Positions 1 to 10,098 of a stretch of 47,528 nt of DNA are shown piece after piece. Numbering within the stretch: the first letter of the stretch is position 1; the number at the start of each line of letters is the position of its first letter. The translations under genes and the position numbers were made by a program. The notes under the pieces were generated by a model, which was not told where the DNA came from, ran no database searches, and saw only the letters and a list, made by a program, of their open reading frames with translations. The stretch is from Myxococcota bacterium. Lineage in GTDB: Bacteria; Myxococcota; Myxococcia; Myxococcales; Myxococcaceae. The stretch covers positions 1 through 47,528 of the forward strand of contig JBMORE010000189.1 in the NCBI GenBank assembly GCA_049322255.1, in the 5' to 3' direction.

Positions 1-809
1 GTTCCAACCGTGACGACGGCGATTCCACCATCCCCGAAGTCGTAGTCCAGCGAGCCGGAAAGCGGCAGCGCTGTCACCGTCACGTCCTGCTGCCGATTCA
101 CCTCTCCTGCAGAAGCGGTGATGCGTGCCACGGAAGTCCGGCGGGCGGTCAGCCCGGCTCGCAGCACCAGTGCTCCTGTCGTATCCGAAGGTGCAAGGGT
201 CAGCGGATCTGCCGAGACGTCCACCGGCAAGGCAGAGACGGTCACGACGACTGGCTCGGCGAAGCCACCTACCCTTTCGACCTGAATCTGAAGATACGCC
301 GTCTCTCCCTGCACCACGGCTATCTGCCCCGGGTTCACGCTCAAGGAGAAGTTGGGAGCGATGTCCTCCACGATGCTCATAGACAGGGGCACTTCCCTGG
401 TCACTCCACCACCTTCAAAAAGAACCAAGGCCTCGAGCGGCCCACCCAGTGGCGCGCTCGTGCTCGCCGTGATGCGCAACACGCGCCGACTTGCGCCCAC
501 ACTCAGCGTCACCGGTTCGGCGACGATTCCGGCCGGGGCGTTCACCAACCCGACCTGAACATCGGCGCTCAGGTTCGTCCTCGCGACTTCGACATCGAGG
601 GCGACCTCCTGCCCTCGTTTGATCGACACCACCGTCGCGGACACGGTCGGGATGAAGTCCGGCACCAACTGCACGCAGACCCGCCGTTTCAAGTCGCAGC
701 GGGCAACCGCAGGGCACTCTTCATCGCTGTCGCAATAGGGAACCGAGCGCGGGCATCCGGTCATCCCCAACACGAGGAGAAGGGCCACCAAACGAAGCCA
801 CTCACACAT
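1..809 (-). CDS. Lipoprotein with Ig-like beta-sandwich segments, running into a delta-60 (DUF5122-type) repeat; 3' end lies outside the window
   Basis: Not in the ORF track because it is open at the edge. Manual translation from ATG 809: MCEWLRLVALLLVLGMTGC...CDSDEECPAVARCD...FSLSVNPGQIAVVQGETA...GSLDYDFGDGGIAVV. AGGAGG SD just upstream; no stop before position 1. Confidence 0.8.
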   Translation of the reverse strand, partial: MCEWLRLVALLLVLGMTGCPRSVPYCDSDEECPAVARCDLKRRVCVQLVPDFIPTVSATVVSIKRGQEVALDVEVARTNLSADVQVGLVNAPAGIVAEPVTLSVGASRRVLRITASTSAPLGGPLEALVLFEGGGVTREVPLSMSIVEDIAPNFSLSVNPGQIAVVQGETAYLQIQVERVGGFAEPVVVTVSALPVDVSADPLTLAPSDTTGALVLRAGLTARRTSVARITASAGEVNRQQDVTVTALPLSGSLDYDFGDGGIAVVTVG

Positions 810-905
810 GAAGGAATCCTCCTTCGAACGGCGCTTTGCTCGCAACGCGCGGAACGGTTTTACCCAATCCCGAAGGCCGACCCCCCAGATTCACGCTGCT
901 CCAGG

Positions 906-920
906 CGGTACGCGAATTGC
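906..920 (+). promoter_or_regulatory. Putative sigma-54 promoter (-24/-12) for the gene at 971
   Basis: CGGTACG-CGAA-TTGC has GG-N10-GC spacing and 2 mismatches to TGGCACG-N4-TTGC; 50 nt upstream of ATG 971. Confidence 0.45.
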
Positions 921-970
921 CCTTGCGCCATGTGGTGGTCCACGGGCTGGTGTTCAACTAGGGACGGTCC

Positions 971-3949
971 ATGCGCGCGATAGGACAACGAGGGTGGTGG
1001 GGGCTGGTGACGGTGGCCGCGCTTGCCTGTCACGAGTCGGCCCCGCTGCAGGGGGTGGAGGCCACCGCAGCCTTCGACCCGAGCGCACTCGACTTCGGAG
1101 AGGTGCCGGTGGGCGAATGGCGCGTTGCCGAGGTACGCATTCACAACGTGGGGCGCGTGCCCTTCTTGGCTGTCGAAGCGTTGGGGCTGACCGGCAACCC
1201 CTCCTTCGTCATCGAGCTCGACCCCGGCAAGGTCCAACCCGGCGACACCCGAGCGGTACGCGTCCGCTTCCACCCGCTGCACGAGGGGGAGACGCAAGAG
1301 CAGATTCACGTGGCCACCGACGCGGACAACGAGCGCTCGCGCCAGCTCTTCGCCCGCGGGGTGGGCGCGCCGGCGCGTGTACGCATCTGGCCCGAACGAG
1401 TGGACTTCGAGACGCTCGAGCTCGACTCGGAGCGCACCCTGACCTTCACCGTGCACAACCCGGTGGACCTGCCGCTCTCGTTGAGCCTTTCGGGCGACCT
1501 CGATCAGTTTGACACCGGCGCGGTCAACGTTGCTCCCCTCACCACCCAGGAAGTGGCCGTGCGCTACCGCCCGGGCCGGTTGGGCGCCTCCTCGGCCCGC
1601 GCGGAGGCACGCGCCTGCCCAAGCTGCACCCCGGCCTCCACCCAGCTCGGCGGCAACGCGGTGCCTTCGGCCTTCGTCTTCGATCCCAACCCGGTGCCCT
1701 TCGAGGAAGTGCCGGTGCACGAGCGCACCCGCTCGCGCACCCAGGCCACCAACATCACCTGGCGTCCGGTGGAAATCCAACGGCTGGAGGCGAGCGACGC
1801 CTCTTTCTCCGCTCTCCACCCGCTCACCGGCCAGGTGGTGGGCCCCCAGGAGTCGGTGGAGGTCGACTTGGAGTTCGCCGCCCGCCACTCCGGCCCTTCG
1901 GTGGCGTCCTTGCGGGTGGTGTACCTCTCCGATCGGGAGCGCTTCTCCGAGGTGGTGCTCGACGCGCGCGGCGGGAGGGCCCGATTGGCGTTGGCTCCGG
2001 CGACGATCGACTTTGGCGAGCTGCCGGTGGGCGGCAAGGTGGAGCGGGTGCTCCGTCTCACCAACGCCGGCACCTCGGGTGATTTGCACCTGCACGGGGT
2101 GCGCGCGACGGGAGACACTGCCCACTTCTCCGTCTCGGTGCCCTTTCGCGCGGGCGCCCCGCTCGCCTGGTCTTCTGGCACTGCTTGGCCCTCGCTGGCG
2201 GCCCCGGCCCTGCCCATCGCGCCTGGCAGCGACGGCATCGACTTGCGCGTGTCCTTCGCGCCCATGCGGGAGGGAGCCTTGCGCGCCGAGCTGGTGGTGC
2301 TCACCGACGACCTCTTCGAGCCGGAGCGGGTGGTGGTGCTCACCGGACGCGCGCGTCCCATCGGCCCGTGCGTGTTCCGCGTGCTGCCCCAAGGTGTGCT
2401 CGACTTCGGCAACGTGCCCACGGGCGCCGGCGCGGTCTTGGGCTTTCGCTTCGAGAACGCGGGCACGGAGGAGTGCGCGGTCAAGGACATTCACTTGAGC
2501 GACGACGCCGGCGGCGCGTTCTTCATGCCCGGAGGACCGCTGGCCGGGGGAGTGGTCTTACGCGATGACTCCTTCGCCGCGCAGATCGCCTTTCGCGCGC
2601 CCACCGACGGCGCGTATGCCGGAGAGCTCTCCATCACGGTGAGCGACCCTGTGGCACCCACCTTCCACCTGCCGTTACGCGCGGTGGCGAAAGCCTCCTG
2701 TCTGGTCGCTGCGCCGCCCTTCATGGACTTCGGCCCCATCCGCTACGACTGTGCGCCGGTTCCCCGAAAGGTGCTGGTGAGCAACCGCTGCGGCCTGCCC
2801 CTCACCCTCGACCAGGTATGGATTGGCCAAGGCACCAGCCTCCAGTTCTCGCTCACCACCAGCCCTACCCTTCCTCTCACCCTCGCTCCTGGAGCGGGGT
2901 TCGAGCTCGAGGGCACCTACGCCCGCACCGTTCACGGACAACACTACAGCCCGCTGTTCGTGCAGGCCGTCGGGGAGAGCGAGCCCCTCTTGATTCCGAT
3001 GCTCGCCGAGACCAATCACGAGGGCGTCGAGGTGGAAACGTTCGTCCAAGGGACGGATCGGCAGCTGGACGTGCTCCTGGTCGTCTCCAACGCCACCACC
3101 ATGGGCTCCTACCAGCGCCGGCTGGCCGCACAGGCGCAGGCATGGCTGGCCGAGGCGACGCGGCAAGGGGTAGACCTTCGCGTGGGCGTCACCACCACCG
3201 GGCTGGTGTCCCGGCCTGCAAGCTGCTTCACCGCGGGCAACGGGGGCGAAGCGGGTCGGCTCTTCCCCGTCGACGGCTCGCGCGCACGGGTCGTCTCCAG
3301 CGCCTCTCCTACCGCCGCCGCCCAGCTTTCGCAGAACCTCGACGTCGGGCAGTGTCACAACCTGGTGCAGGGGTTGGAGACGATGCGCGCCGCCCTCATG
3401 CCGCCGCTGATTGATTCGACCGACGATGTGCGCACCAGCGAGCCCAACGACGGCAACGCGGGCTTCTTGCGCGCCGCCGCTCGGCTGGCGGTGCTTTTTT
3501 TGGCCGACGAGGACGACCACTCCGGCTTCGAGCCGGAGAGCTACGTACAGCTCCTTGTCTCGCTCAAAGGACCCAACATGGGCCACCGGGTGTCCGCCTA
3601 CGCCCTGGTACCTCTCGATGCCGGTTGTCTCACCGCGGGCCCCCCCGGGCCGCGCTTCGCCGACGTCGCCCTGCGCACCGGCGGTGCTGTCCGGTCGATC
3701 TGCGAGGCCAGCTACTTACCGCTGCTGGGCCAGCTCACCGCGCGGGCGGCGGGTCAACAGGCCGACTTCCGTCTGAGCGCTACGCCCTCGAGCGTGGGAG
3801 AAATCTCGGTGCGCGTGGACGGCGTCGAAGTACCGCGCGCCACTTGGAGTTACGACTCGGCAGCCAACGCAGTGGTGTTCGCCCCGGGAAGCGTGCCGGC
3901 GCCGGGGCAGACGATTCAGGTTCGCTACCGCAGCGCCTGCATTCGCTGA
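971..3949 (+). CDS. Lipoprotein with tandem choice-of-anchor D/ASH-type Ig-like domains and a C-terminal VWA-like domain
   Basis: Lipobox ALAC; repeated LDFG motifs (ALDFGEV, TIDFGEL, VLDFGNV, FMDFGPI); C-terminal LDVLLVV...VGVTTT...GFLRAAARLAVLFLADEDDHS, typical of myxobacterial VWA-like surface proteins. Confidence 0.8.
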   Translation: MRAIGQRGWWGLVTVAALACHESAPLQGVEATAAFDPSALDFGEVPVGEWRVAEVRIHNVGRVPFLAVEALGLTGNPSFVIELDPGKVQPGDTRAVRVRFHPLHEGETQEQIHVATDADNERSRQLFARGVGAPARVRIWPERVDFETLELDSERTLTFTVHNPVDLPLSLSLSGDLDQFDTGAVNVAPLTTQEVAVRYRPGRLGASSARAEARACPSCTPASTQLGGNAVPSAFVFDPNPVPFEEVPVHERTRSRTQATNITWRPVEIQRLEASDASFSALHPLTGQVVGPQESVEVDLEFAARHSGPSVASLRVVYLSDRERFSEVVLDARGGRARLALAPATIDFGELPVGGKVERVLRLTNAGTSGDLHLHGVRATGDTAHFSVSVPFRAGAPLAWSSGTAWPSLAAPALPIAPGSDGIDLRVSFAPMREGALRAELVVLTDDLFEPERVVVLTGRARPIGPCVFRVLPQGVLDFGNVPTGAGAVLGFRFENAGTEECAVKDIHLSDDAGGAFFMPGGPLAGGVVLRDDSFAAQIAFRAPTDGAYAGELSITVSDPVAPTFHLPLRAVAKASCLVAAPPFMDFGPIRYDCAPVPRKVLVSNRCGLPLTLDQVWIGQGTSLQFSLTTSPTLPLTLAPGAGFELEGTYARTVHGQHYSPLFVQAVGESEPLLIPMLAETNHEGVEVETFVQGTDRQLDVLLVVSNATTMGSYQRRLAAQAQAWLAEATRQGVDLRVGVTTTGLVSRPASCFTAGNGGEAGRLFPVDGSRARVVSSASPTAAAQLSQNLDVGQCHNLVQGLETMRAALMPPLIDSTDDVRTSEPNDGNAGFLRAAARLAVLFLADEDDHSGFEPESYVQLLVSLKGPNMGHRVSAYALVPLDAGCLTAGPPGPRFADVALRTGGAVRSICEASYLPLLGQLTARAAGQQADFRLSATPSSVGEISVRVDGVEVPRATWSYDSAANAVVFAPGSVPAPGQTIQVRYRSACIR

Positions 3950-4029
3950 ACATTGCTCGCTCGACTGCACCCCGACGGAACGGGGCTACACTTAGGCCCC
4001 CCACGCCTGATATTGGGGCGCAGCGCTCG

Positions 4030-5760
4030 ATGTCCAAGACCGTCGGCCGGTACCACCTCATCAAGAAGCTCGCCACCGGCGGGATGGGGCAGGTTTATCT
4101 GGCGCGCCAGAAGGGCCCACTGGGCTTCGAGAAGCTGGTGGTGGTCAAGCGCATCCTCCCGCACCTGGCCGAGGAGGAAGAGTTCATCGAGATGTTCTTC
4201 GACGAGGCGCGAATCGCGGCGCTGCTCAACCACCCCAACATCGCGCAGATTTACGACTTGGGAGAGGTGGACGGCACCTACTACATCGCGATGGAGTACG
4301 TGCACGGCGAGTCGTTGCGCGCGCTCAACCAGAGGGCCGACGCCGAAAAGGGTGGAATTCCACTGGGGCTCAAGTGCCGGATCATCGCCGACGCTGCCTG
4401 CGCGCTCGACTTCGCTCACCACGCCAAGGGTCCCGCCGGTCAACCTCTGGGGCTCATCCACCGCGACGTGTCACCGCAAAACATCCTCGTCGGCTTCAAC
4501 GGGAGCGTGAAGCTGATCGACTTCGGCGTGGCCAAGGCGACGGGAAAAATCAGCACCACCATGACCGGCGCGATCAAAGGGAAGTACGCGTATATGTCCC
4601 CCGAGCAGGCCAAGGGAGAGTCGCTCGATCTGCGCAGCGACGTCTTCGGCCTGGGCATCGTCTTCTACGAGGTCCTCACCAGCACGCGGCTGTTCAAGCG
4701 CGACTCGGAGACCGCCACCCTGAAGGCGGTGGTGAACGCGAAGATCCCTCCGCCCTCCTCGGTGGTGAAAGGCGTGCCCAAACAGATCGACGCCATCGTG
4801 ATGAAGGCCTTGGCGCGCAAGAAGACCGAGCGCTACCAGACGACCAACGAGCTTCAGCTGGCGCTGGAGGATTTTCTGGTGCGCCAGCGATTGCCGGCGA
4901 CCAGCGCGCACCTCTCGGCGTTCATGCGGGGGCTGTACCGGGACGAGTCGCTCGACGACAACCTCTCTCTCGACTCCACCACCGACATCCCTTACCAGCG
5001 TACGCCCAGCCAGTCGAAGAACGACGCCAACCCGAAGACGCCATCGGCGAAGAAGCGTTCGTTCGATGAGATCGCCGACGAGAAGATGAGCAATCGGACT
5101 GCGCCGACCATCGCCGAACCCGCGCGCAACAAGGACCCGGGCTCCGACTCGCGAGGCACCCGGGTGGCCGCGCCGGTGCTCATCCCCGACATCGCCGAGC
5201 TGGATCGCCGCCTCTTGCTGGCCAGGCCGGGCGACAACGTGCGCGGGCTGTTCTTCAACGCGGTGCTCCAAGGGGTGACGCGCTTTGCCGGTCCCATCGC
5301 CGAGCCACACGTGCGCGCGGTGACCGCCGAGCCCCAACCCTACCAAGACGCCCAGCCTTACCCTGCTCCCGACTTCTTGCGCCTGCTCTGGAAAGGAGCG
5401 GAGGTCATCGCTCCCATGTGCACCGGGGTAGACCCGGCCTTCACCGAGCTGGGCGCGGTGTGCGCGGAGAGTCTGCTTCGCACGAGCGCAGCCGTGTCAC
5501 TCTCTTCCTTCTCCTCAGGCGGGGGGCGACTGTTCACCCCGCTCTTGGCCGCGCTGCAACCGATGATTTCCCCTGGAGAGCGACTGGTGGAGTCGAGCAG
5601 CGACCGCCGTGCTTCGCTGCTGCTCAAGAACGACCTGCTTCCTCCGCCCTACTTCGCGGGCATTTTTCGTCACGCGCTGGAGAAGTTGGCTGGCGCCACC
5701 GCTCAGGTGACCTGGGAGCACCGCGCCCCCGATGTGGTGGGCTTCGAGATGCGCTGGTAG
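4030..5760 (+). CDS. Pkn2-type Ser/Thr protein kinase with a C-terminal DUF2378 (TIGR02265-like) domain
   Basis: ATG 4030 (MSKTVGRY); GGMGQVY, VVVK, HRDVSPQN, DFG, YMSPE motifs; C-terminal ELDRRL...DNVRGLFFNAVL resembles DUF2378; no TM segment. Confidence 0.9.
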   Translation: MSKTVGRYHLIKKLATGGMGQVYLARQKGPLGFEKLVVVKRILPHLAEEEEFIEMFFDEARIAALLNHPNIAQIYDLGEVDGTYYIAMEYVHGESLRALNQRADAEKGGIPLGLKCRIIADAACALDFAHHAKGPAGQPLGLIHRDVSPQNILVGFNGSVKLIDFGVAKATGKISTTMTGAIKGKYAYMSPEQAKGESLDLRSDVFGLGIVFYEVLTSTRLFKRDSETATLKAVVNAKIPPPSSVVKGVPKQIDAIVMKALARKKTERYQTTNELQLALEDFLVRQRLPATSAHLSAFMRGLYRDESLDDNLSLDSTTDIPYQRTPSQSKNDANPKTPSAKKRSFDEIADEKMSNRTAPTIAEPARNKDPGSDSRGTRVAAPVLIPDIAELDRRLLLARPGDNVRGLFFNAVLQGVTRFAGPIAEPHVRAVTAEPQPYQDAQPYPAPDFLRLLWKGAEVIAPMCTGVDPAFTELGAVCAESLLRTSAAVSLSSFSSGGGRLFTPLLAALQPMISPGERLVESSSDRRASLLLKNDLLPPPYFAGIFRHALEKLAGATAQVTWEHRAPDVVGFEMRW

Positions 5761-5779
5761 CGAGCGTAAGCCGGCGGCG

Positions 5780-6610
5780 TTAGATGCTGGCCAGCGCCAC
5801 CCGATACAGCGCGCGGTACCCCATGCGGGGAGCGACCTCGAACCCCTCGGCGTTGAACGACTCCCGCAGGAGCTTTTGACCCTCCTCGGTGGCCGCCAGG
5901 CCGAGCAACGACTTCTCCAGAGCAGAGGTCAACGCCTGGGGCGTATTCATCGACACCGCCACGCCGTCGTTGGGAGCCTCCTCGGTGAAGGCGAAGGGAA
6001 CGAGCGCTTCCACGAGCTGCGGCGCCAATTCCTGAAGGCCGGTGGTGTCGGGAACACCGGCGCGCGCCGGCGGAGCGAAGACGCTGCACACGTCGGCGGT
6101 GCCCACGGCCACTTCCTCGGCGGCCGCCAGGTAGGAGCCGGCGAAGCGCTGGGCGAAGAAAGCCTTGAGCGGGTCGAGACCCTTGGCGCGCAGGAAGGCC
6201 ATTGGCAACAGGTAGCCCCCCACCGAGTCCTGATCGGTCCACGCGGCGGTGAGGCCGGCGAGCCCCTCGAGGGTCACCGTCTGCCCTTGACGGCACAAGA
6301 GCGCCGCGCGGTACGAGGAGGCACCGCGGCGCACTCCGCGTACCAGCACGCGAACACCCATCGCCTCCATGCGTGCACAAACGAAGGGCGGCGCCCACGC
6401 GGCGTCGCTCTTGCCCGAGAGCAGCTCCCGGGCGAGGGACTCGTAGCTCTGAGCCACCGACACCTCTGCCTGCTTGCCCAGCGAGCGGGTGAAGAAGCGC
6501 TCCAGGGCGTGCGCACGGGCGCTGGCTTCGCTTGCACCCAGAGAGGGCGGTAGGACGAAGCGAAAGGCGGTGCGTGGCGAGGCAGGGGCGATGAGGTGAA
6601 TGGAGGGCAT
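5780..6610 (-). CDS. PhnD/phosphonate-binding-like (PBP2) protein without a signal peptide
   Basis: SYESL...DAAWAPP, YRAALL, WTDQDSVGGYLLP and APND motifs of the phosphate/phosphonate-binding family. Confidence 0.8.
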   Translation of the reverse strand: MPSIHLIAPASPRTAFRFVLPPSLGASEASARAHALERFFTRSLGKQAEVSVAQSYESLARELLSGKSDAAWAPPFVCARMEAMGVRVLVRGVRRGASSYRAALLCRQGQTVTLEGLAGLTAAWTDQDSVGGYLLPMAFLRAKGLDPLKAFFAQRFAGSYLAAAEEVAVGTADVCSVFAPPARAGVPDTTGLQELAPQLVEALVPFAFTEEAPNDGVAVSMNTPQALTSALEKSLLGLAATEEGQKLLRESFNAEGFEVAPRMGYRALYRVALASI

Positions 6611-7431
6611 CAGACCTCCTGGTGAATCCGCTCCACTTCGTCGTCGGCGAGGCCGAACGTCGCCTGAAGCAGATCGAGGATGCGCGATTCGCGAAAGGTG
6701 ACCTTCCCTGCCCGGGCGATGCGAGCCGCCAGCCGAAACGCTTTCACCCGCTGCGCGTGGGTGCTCAGGCCGTGGGCGAGCACGGTGAGGCGTTGAGGTA
6801 CGCCTTCGGTCGCCAGGGCGGTGACCGCCTCGCGCACGAAGCCCTGGGCGCGCTCTACGCTGACGTCGGCGAAAACCGGGTCGGCGGCGAAGCTCTCCAT
6901 CAAGGCGCGTGCCTCCTCCGGCTGCACCTTTCCGTCGGCGGCGGTGATCAGCACCATCACCTCGGCATACAGTCGCTCGAGCGGCTCACCCAACGCTTCG
7001 GCGAGCGAGCCTCCCTGCTCCACCACCTCGATGATCTCCGCCACTTCCTCCTCGGAGATGCCCAGCGCCGCCTGGAAAGTCTTGAGCAACCCCAGCTCGG
7101 CGCGGGTGGCACGGTGATCAGCGAAGGCCACCGCGGCCGCGAGCCCGAAGGCGAGCATGCGGTTTTTGTGGTCGGGGAGCCGCTCGCGCAAAGACTTGAG
7201 CACCGTTTCCATGTTCGGCGCCGCAGCCAACGCCTGCACCGACTTCTCCACCAACGCGTTGAGCTCGTCGGGACGGGTGCCCTCGAACTCCGGACGCTCG
7301 AGTACCCGGCGCAACAACGTCTGCATCTCGCCTTCGGTCACCCGGCCATCGGCAATCGCCGCCAGGAGCATCGCCTCGACCAGCGCTGCGTTGCGTGCTT
7401 TGCGCACGTTTACTGCCTCGTCGCCAGCCAT
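6610..7431 (-). CDS. Tandem TerB-domain protein
   Basis: Two TerB-like repeats ([11 protein letters not shown]...[22 protein letters not shown]...), each ending in an LG/FG-x-x-E/D-E helix. Confidence 0.8.
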   Translation of the reverse strand: MAGDEAVNVRKARNAALVEAMLLAAIADGRVTEGEMQTLLRRVLERPEFEGTRPDELNALVEKSVQALAAAPNMETVLKSLRERLPDHKNRMLAFGLAAAVAFADHRATRAELGLLKTFQAALGISEEEVAEIIEVVEQGGSLAEALGEPLERLYAEVMVLITAADGKVQPEEARALMESFAADPVFADVSVERAQGFVREAVTALATEGVPQRLTVLAHGLSTHAQRVKAFRLAARIARAGKVTFRESRILDLLQATFGLADDEVERIHQEV

Positions 7432-8231
7432 GGCGCGTTCCTTTCTTCACCCTCGATCGGCTGAGCGAGCCCGGTGGAGGCGGAGAACAGCCTCTGGTCG
7501 AGCAGGTGCGAGGGACGGACGTTGCCCATCGCCGCCAAGAGGCTCTCGCGCAGGTGGGGAATCTCGGTGGAGAGCTCGTCGACCAGCCGCTGCACCCGCT
7601 TACGCTTCAGGTTCTCCTGCGAGCCGCACAAGTCACAGGGAATGAGGGGGAACTTCATCAGCGCGGCGAATTGGGCAATCTCTCGTTCGGGCGCGTAGCA
7701 CAGCGGACGGATGACGGTGTTGCGCCCGTCGTCAGAGTGGAGCAACGGCGGCATCGCGCTGGTGCGGCCGGCATAGAAGAGGTTGAGCAACAAGGTGTGA
7801 ATCAAGTCGTCCCGGTGGTGCCCGAGAGCGATCTTGTTGCAGCCGAGCTCGACCGCGACGTTGTAGAGAATGCCCCGCCGAAGCCGCGAGCACAGCGAGC
7901 ACTGCGTCTGTCCAGGCTCCAGCTTCTCGAGAACGATGGAGTAGGTGTCTTCCTTCAGCATCCGGTACTCGTAGCGGTTCTCCGCCAACCATCGCTCGAG
8001 GAGGTGACCAGGGTAGCCAGGGTGACCCTGATCGAGGTTGACCGCGATGAGCTCGAAACGAACGGGCGCACGCCGCTGCAGCTGCCGCAGAAGGTGCAGC
8101 AGGGTGTACGAGTCTTTTCCTCCGGAGACGGCGGCGAGCACCCGGTCGCCGTCAGAGATCAGCCCGAAGTCGGCAATCGCCTTCCCCACCTGGCCAAGCA
8201 GGCTCTTTTCAATGCGCGCAACCTCGGTCAT
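7410..8231 (-). CDS. ttcA: tRNA 2-thiocytidine(32) synthetase TtcA
   Basis: PP-loop [34 protein letters not shown]. Confidence 0.95.
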   Translation of the reverse strand: MTEVARIEKSLLGQVGKAIADFGLISDGDRVLAAVSGGKDSYTLLHLLRQLQRRAPVRFELIAVNLDQGHPGYPGHLLERWLAENRYEYRMLKEDTYSIVLEKLEPGQTQCSLCSRLRRGILYNVAVELGCNKIALGHHRDDLIHTLLLNLFYAGRTSAMPPLLHSDDGRNTVIRPLCYAPEREIAQFAALMKFPLIPCDLCGSQENLKRKRVQRLVDELSTEIPHLRESLLAAMGNVRPSHLLDQRLFSASTGLAQPIEGEERNAPWLATRQ

Positions 8232-8297
8232 CGGCGGGCCGTATACAGGGTTTTCCGCGCCGCGTGTAGGGCCGATGGGCTAGCCTGTTGAGCCCGC

Positions 8298-9449
8298 ATG
8301 GCGACCATTCCTCAGGGCGCGCAGGATGTTGGCACGCCCGACGCCGCGCGCGCCGCCGCCGAGGCGATTGGCCGGGCAAGCGAGCTCTCGGTCGACGTCG
8401 AAGCCGATGCGATGCACGCCTTCCGCGCACGGCTGTGCTTCGTTCAGGTGGCGACCGACCAAAACGTCTTTCTCTTCGACACGCTCGCCCCGACGGTGCG
8501 TGCCGAGGTCCTGGCAGGGACGTTCGCCGACCCGCAGCGCACCAAGTTCTTCCACGCCGCCGGGGGAGATCTCCAGTACCTCGCCGAGGCAGGAGTGCGC
8601 GTGAAGGGGCTGTTCGATACCCACCGTGCGGCGACGCTCCTCGGTTGGGCCAAAGTGGGACTGGCCGACCTGGTGCAAGAGCGCCTCGGCGTCACCCTCG
8701 ACAAGGCGCATCAACAGTCGGACTTCTCTTTGCGTCCCCTGCCTCCGGGCATGCGCGAGTACATCGCCGACGACGTGCGCTACTTGGTAGAGATCGGCCG
8801 GCAGGTGCGCGAGGAGTGCGTGAAGGCGGACATTCTCGAAGAGGTGCTGCTCGACTGTCAGCGGATGAGCGATGACGCAGCCGAGCGGCCCGATTTGTCA
8901 CAGCTCCGGCCCAAGCTGCCCAAGGGAGGGCTCTCGTCGGCGCAGGTGGCGCTGGGCGAGGCGCTGGTGGCGCAGCTGCACGAGAAGCGGCTCCAGTGGG
9001 CGGAAGGGGCGAACGTGCCCATGGGGCGCATGCTCTCCAACGCGGCGATCGTCGCCATCGCCACCAAGCCGCCGCAGAACAAGAAGGAGCTCCAGCGGGC
9101 GCAAGGGGTGCGCGGAGCGTTCGTGCGCGAGCACGGAGACGAGGTGCTCGAGCTGGTGCGCACGACCATCGAGCGCGCGCGGCGCGGCGAGCTGACGCCG
9201 GAGCTTGCGGAAAAAGGCCCGCGAGATCCGAAGAAGAAAAAACGCGAGGACGCGCTCAAGGCCTGGCGGGCGGAGAAGGCCAAGGAGCGCAAGGTGACTG
9301 CCTCGGCGGTTCTCTCCAATCCGTTGGTCGAGACCCTCTCGAAGGGCGCGCCGTCGAACCTCGATGAGCTTCGCGCGGTGCCGTACCTGGGGGAGAAGCG
9401 TGTGCGGCTCTACGGCCCGGAGCTGCTCGAAGTCTTGCGCGCGGTTTGA
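8298..9449 (+). CDS. rnd: Ribonuclease D (DEDDy 3'-5' exonuclease with HRDC domains)
   Basis: VDVEAD, LCFVQVA, HAAGGDL, LFDT, QQSDFSLRPL, YIADDV; two HRDC-like C-terminal segments. Confidence 0.9.
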   Translation: MATIPQGAQDVGTPDAARAAAEAIGRASELSVDVEADAMHAFRARLCFVQVATDQNVFLFDTLAPTVRAEVLAGTFADPQRTKFFHAAGGDLQYLAEAGVRVKGLFDTHRAATLLGWAKVGLADLVQERLGVTLDKAHQQSDFSLRPLPPGMREYIADDVRYLVEIGRQVREECVKADILEEVLLDCQRMSDDAAERPDLSQLRPKLPKGGLSSAQVALGEALVAQLHEKRLQWAEGANVPMGRMLSNAAIVAIATKPPQNKKELQRAQGVRGAFVREHGDEVLELVRTTIERARRGELTPELAEKGPRDPKKKKREDALKAWRAEKAKERKVTASAVLSNPLVETLSKGAPSNLDELRAVPYLGEKRVRLYGPELLEVLRAV

Positions 9450-10088
9450 CTACTTCTTGAGCGCCAGCATCATCCCGTCGCGCACGGTCAGGAGCACCTT
9501 CTCTACGCGCGCATCGTTCGCCACCTTCTGGTTGAAGGCGACGATTGCCTGGTCGGTGACTTCTTTGGGGGACAGCACCCGGCCGCTCCACAGGGTGTTG
9601 TCGGCGACGATCAGCCCGCCCGGGCGGACCAGGGGCAGCACCGCCTCGAAGTAATGGACGTAGTTCTCCTTGTCCGCGTCGATGAAGACCAGGTCGAAGA
9701 GGCCCTGGAGCGACTGAATGGTTTTCAGCGCTGGCCCCATGCGGACGTGAATCTTCTTCCCGTGAGGGCTCTGGGCGAAGTACCGCCGGGCCACCTCCTC
9801 CGCCTTGGGGTCGACATCGCAGGTAATGAGCTCGCCGTCGTCAGCGAGTCCCTCGGCCATCATCAGCGCCGAGTAGCCGGTGAACATCCCTATCTCCAGC
9901 ACCCTCTTCGCGCGCACCAGGCGCACCAAGAGGCGCAGGAAGTCGCCCTCCAGCGGCCCCACCTGCATCTGGGGCGCTGACATCTTCGCGTACGTCTCCT
10001 CGCGCAGCTTGTCGAGGAGGGCGCTGGGCTTCTCTGAGTGATCGACGGCGTAGGCTTCGATGGCGGCGGGAACGAGGGTCAAGCTCAT
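9450..10088 (-). CDS. Caffeoyl-CoA-type O-methyltransferase (Methyltransf_3)
   Basis: VLEIGMFTGYS, FDLVFIDADKENY, DNTLWSG, VRDG. Confidence 0.92.
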   Translation of the reverse strand: MSLTLVPAAIEAYAVDHSEKPSALLDKLREETYAKMSAPQMQVGPLEGDFLRLLVRLVRAKRVLEIGMFTGYSALMMAEGLADDGELITCDVDPKAEEVARRYFAQSPHGKKIHVRMGPALKTIQSLQGLFDLVFIDADKENYVHYFEAVLPLVRPGGLIVADNTLWSGRVLSPKEVTDQAIVAFNQKVANDARVEKVLLTVRDGMMLALKK

Positions 10089-10098
10089 TCCGCCGCTT

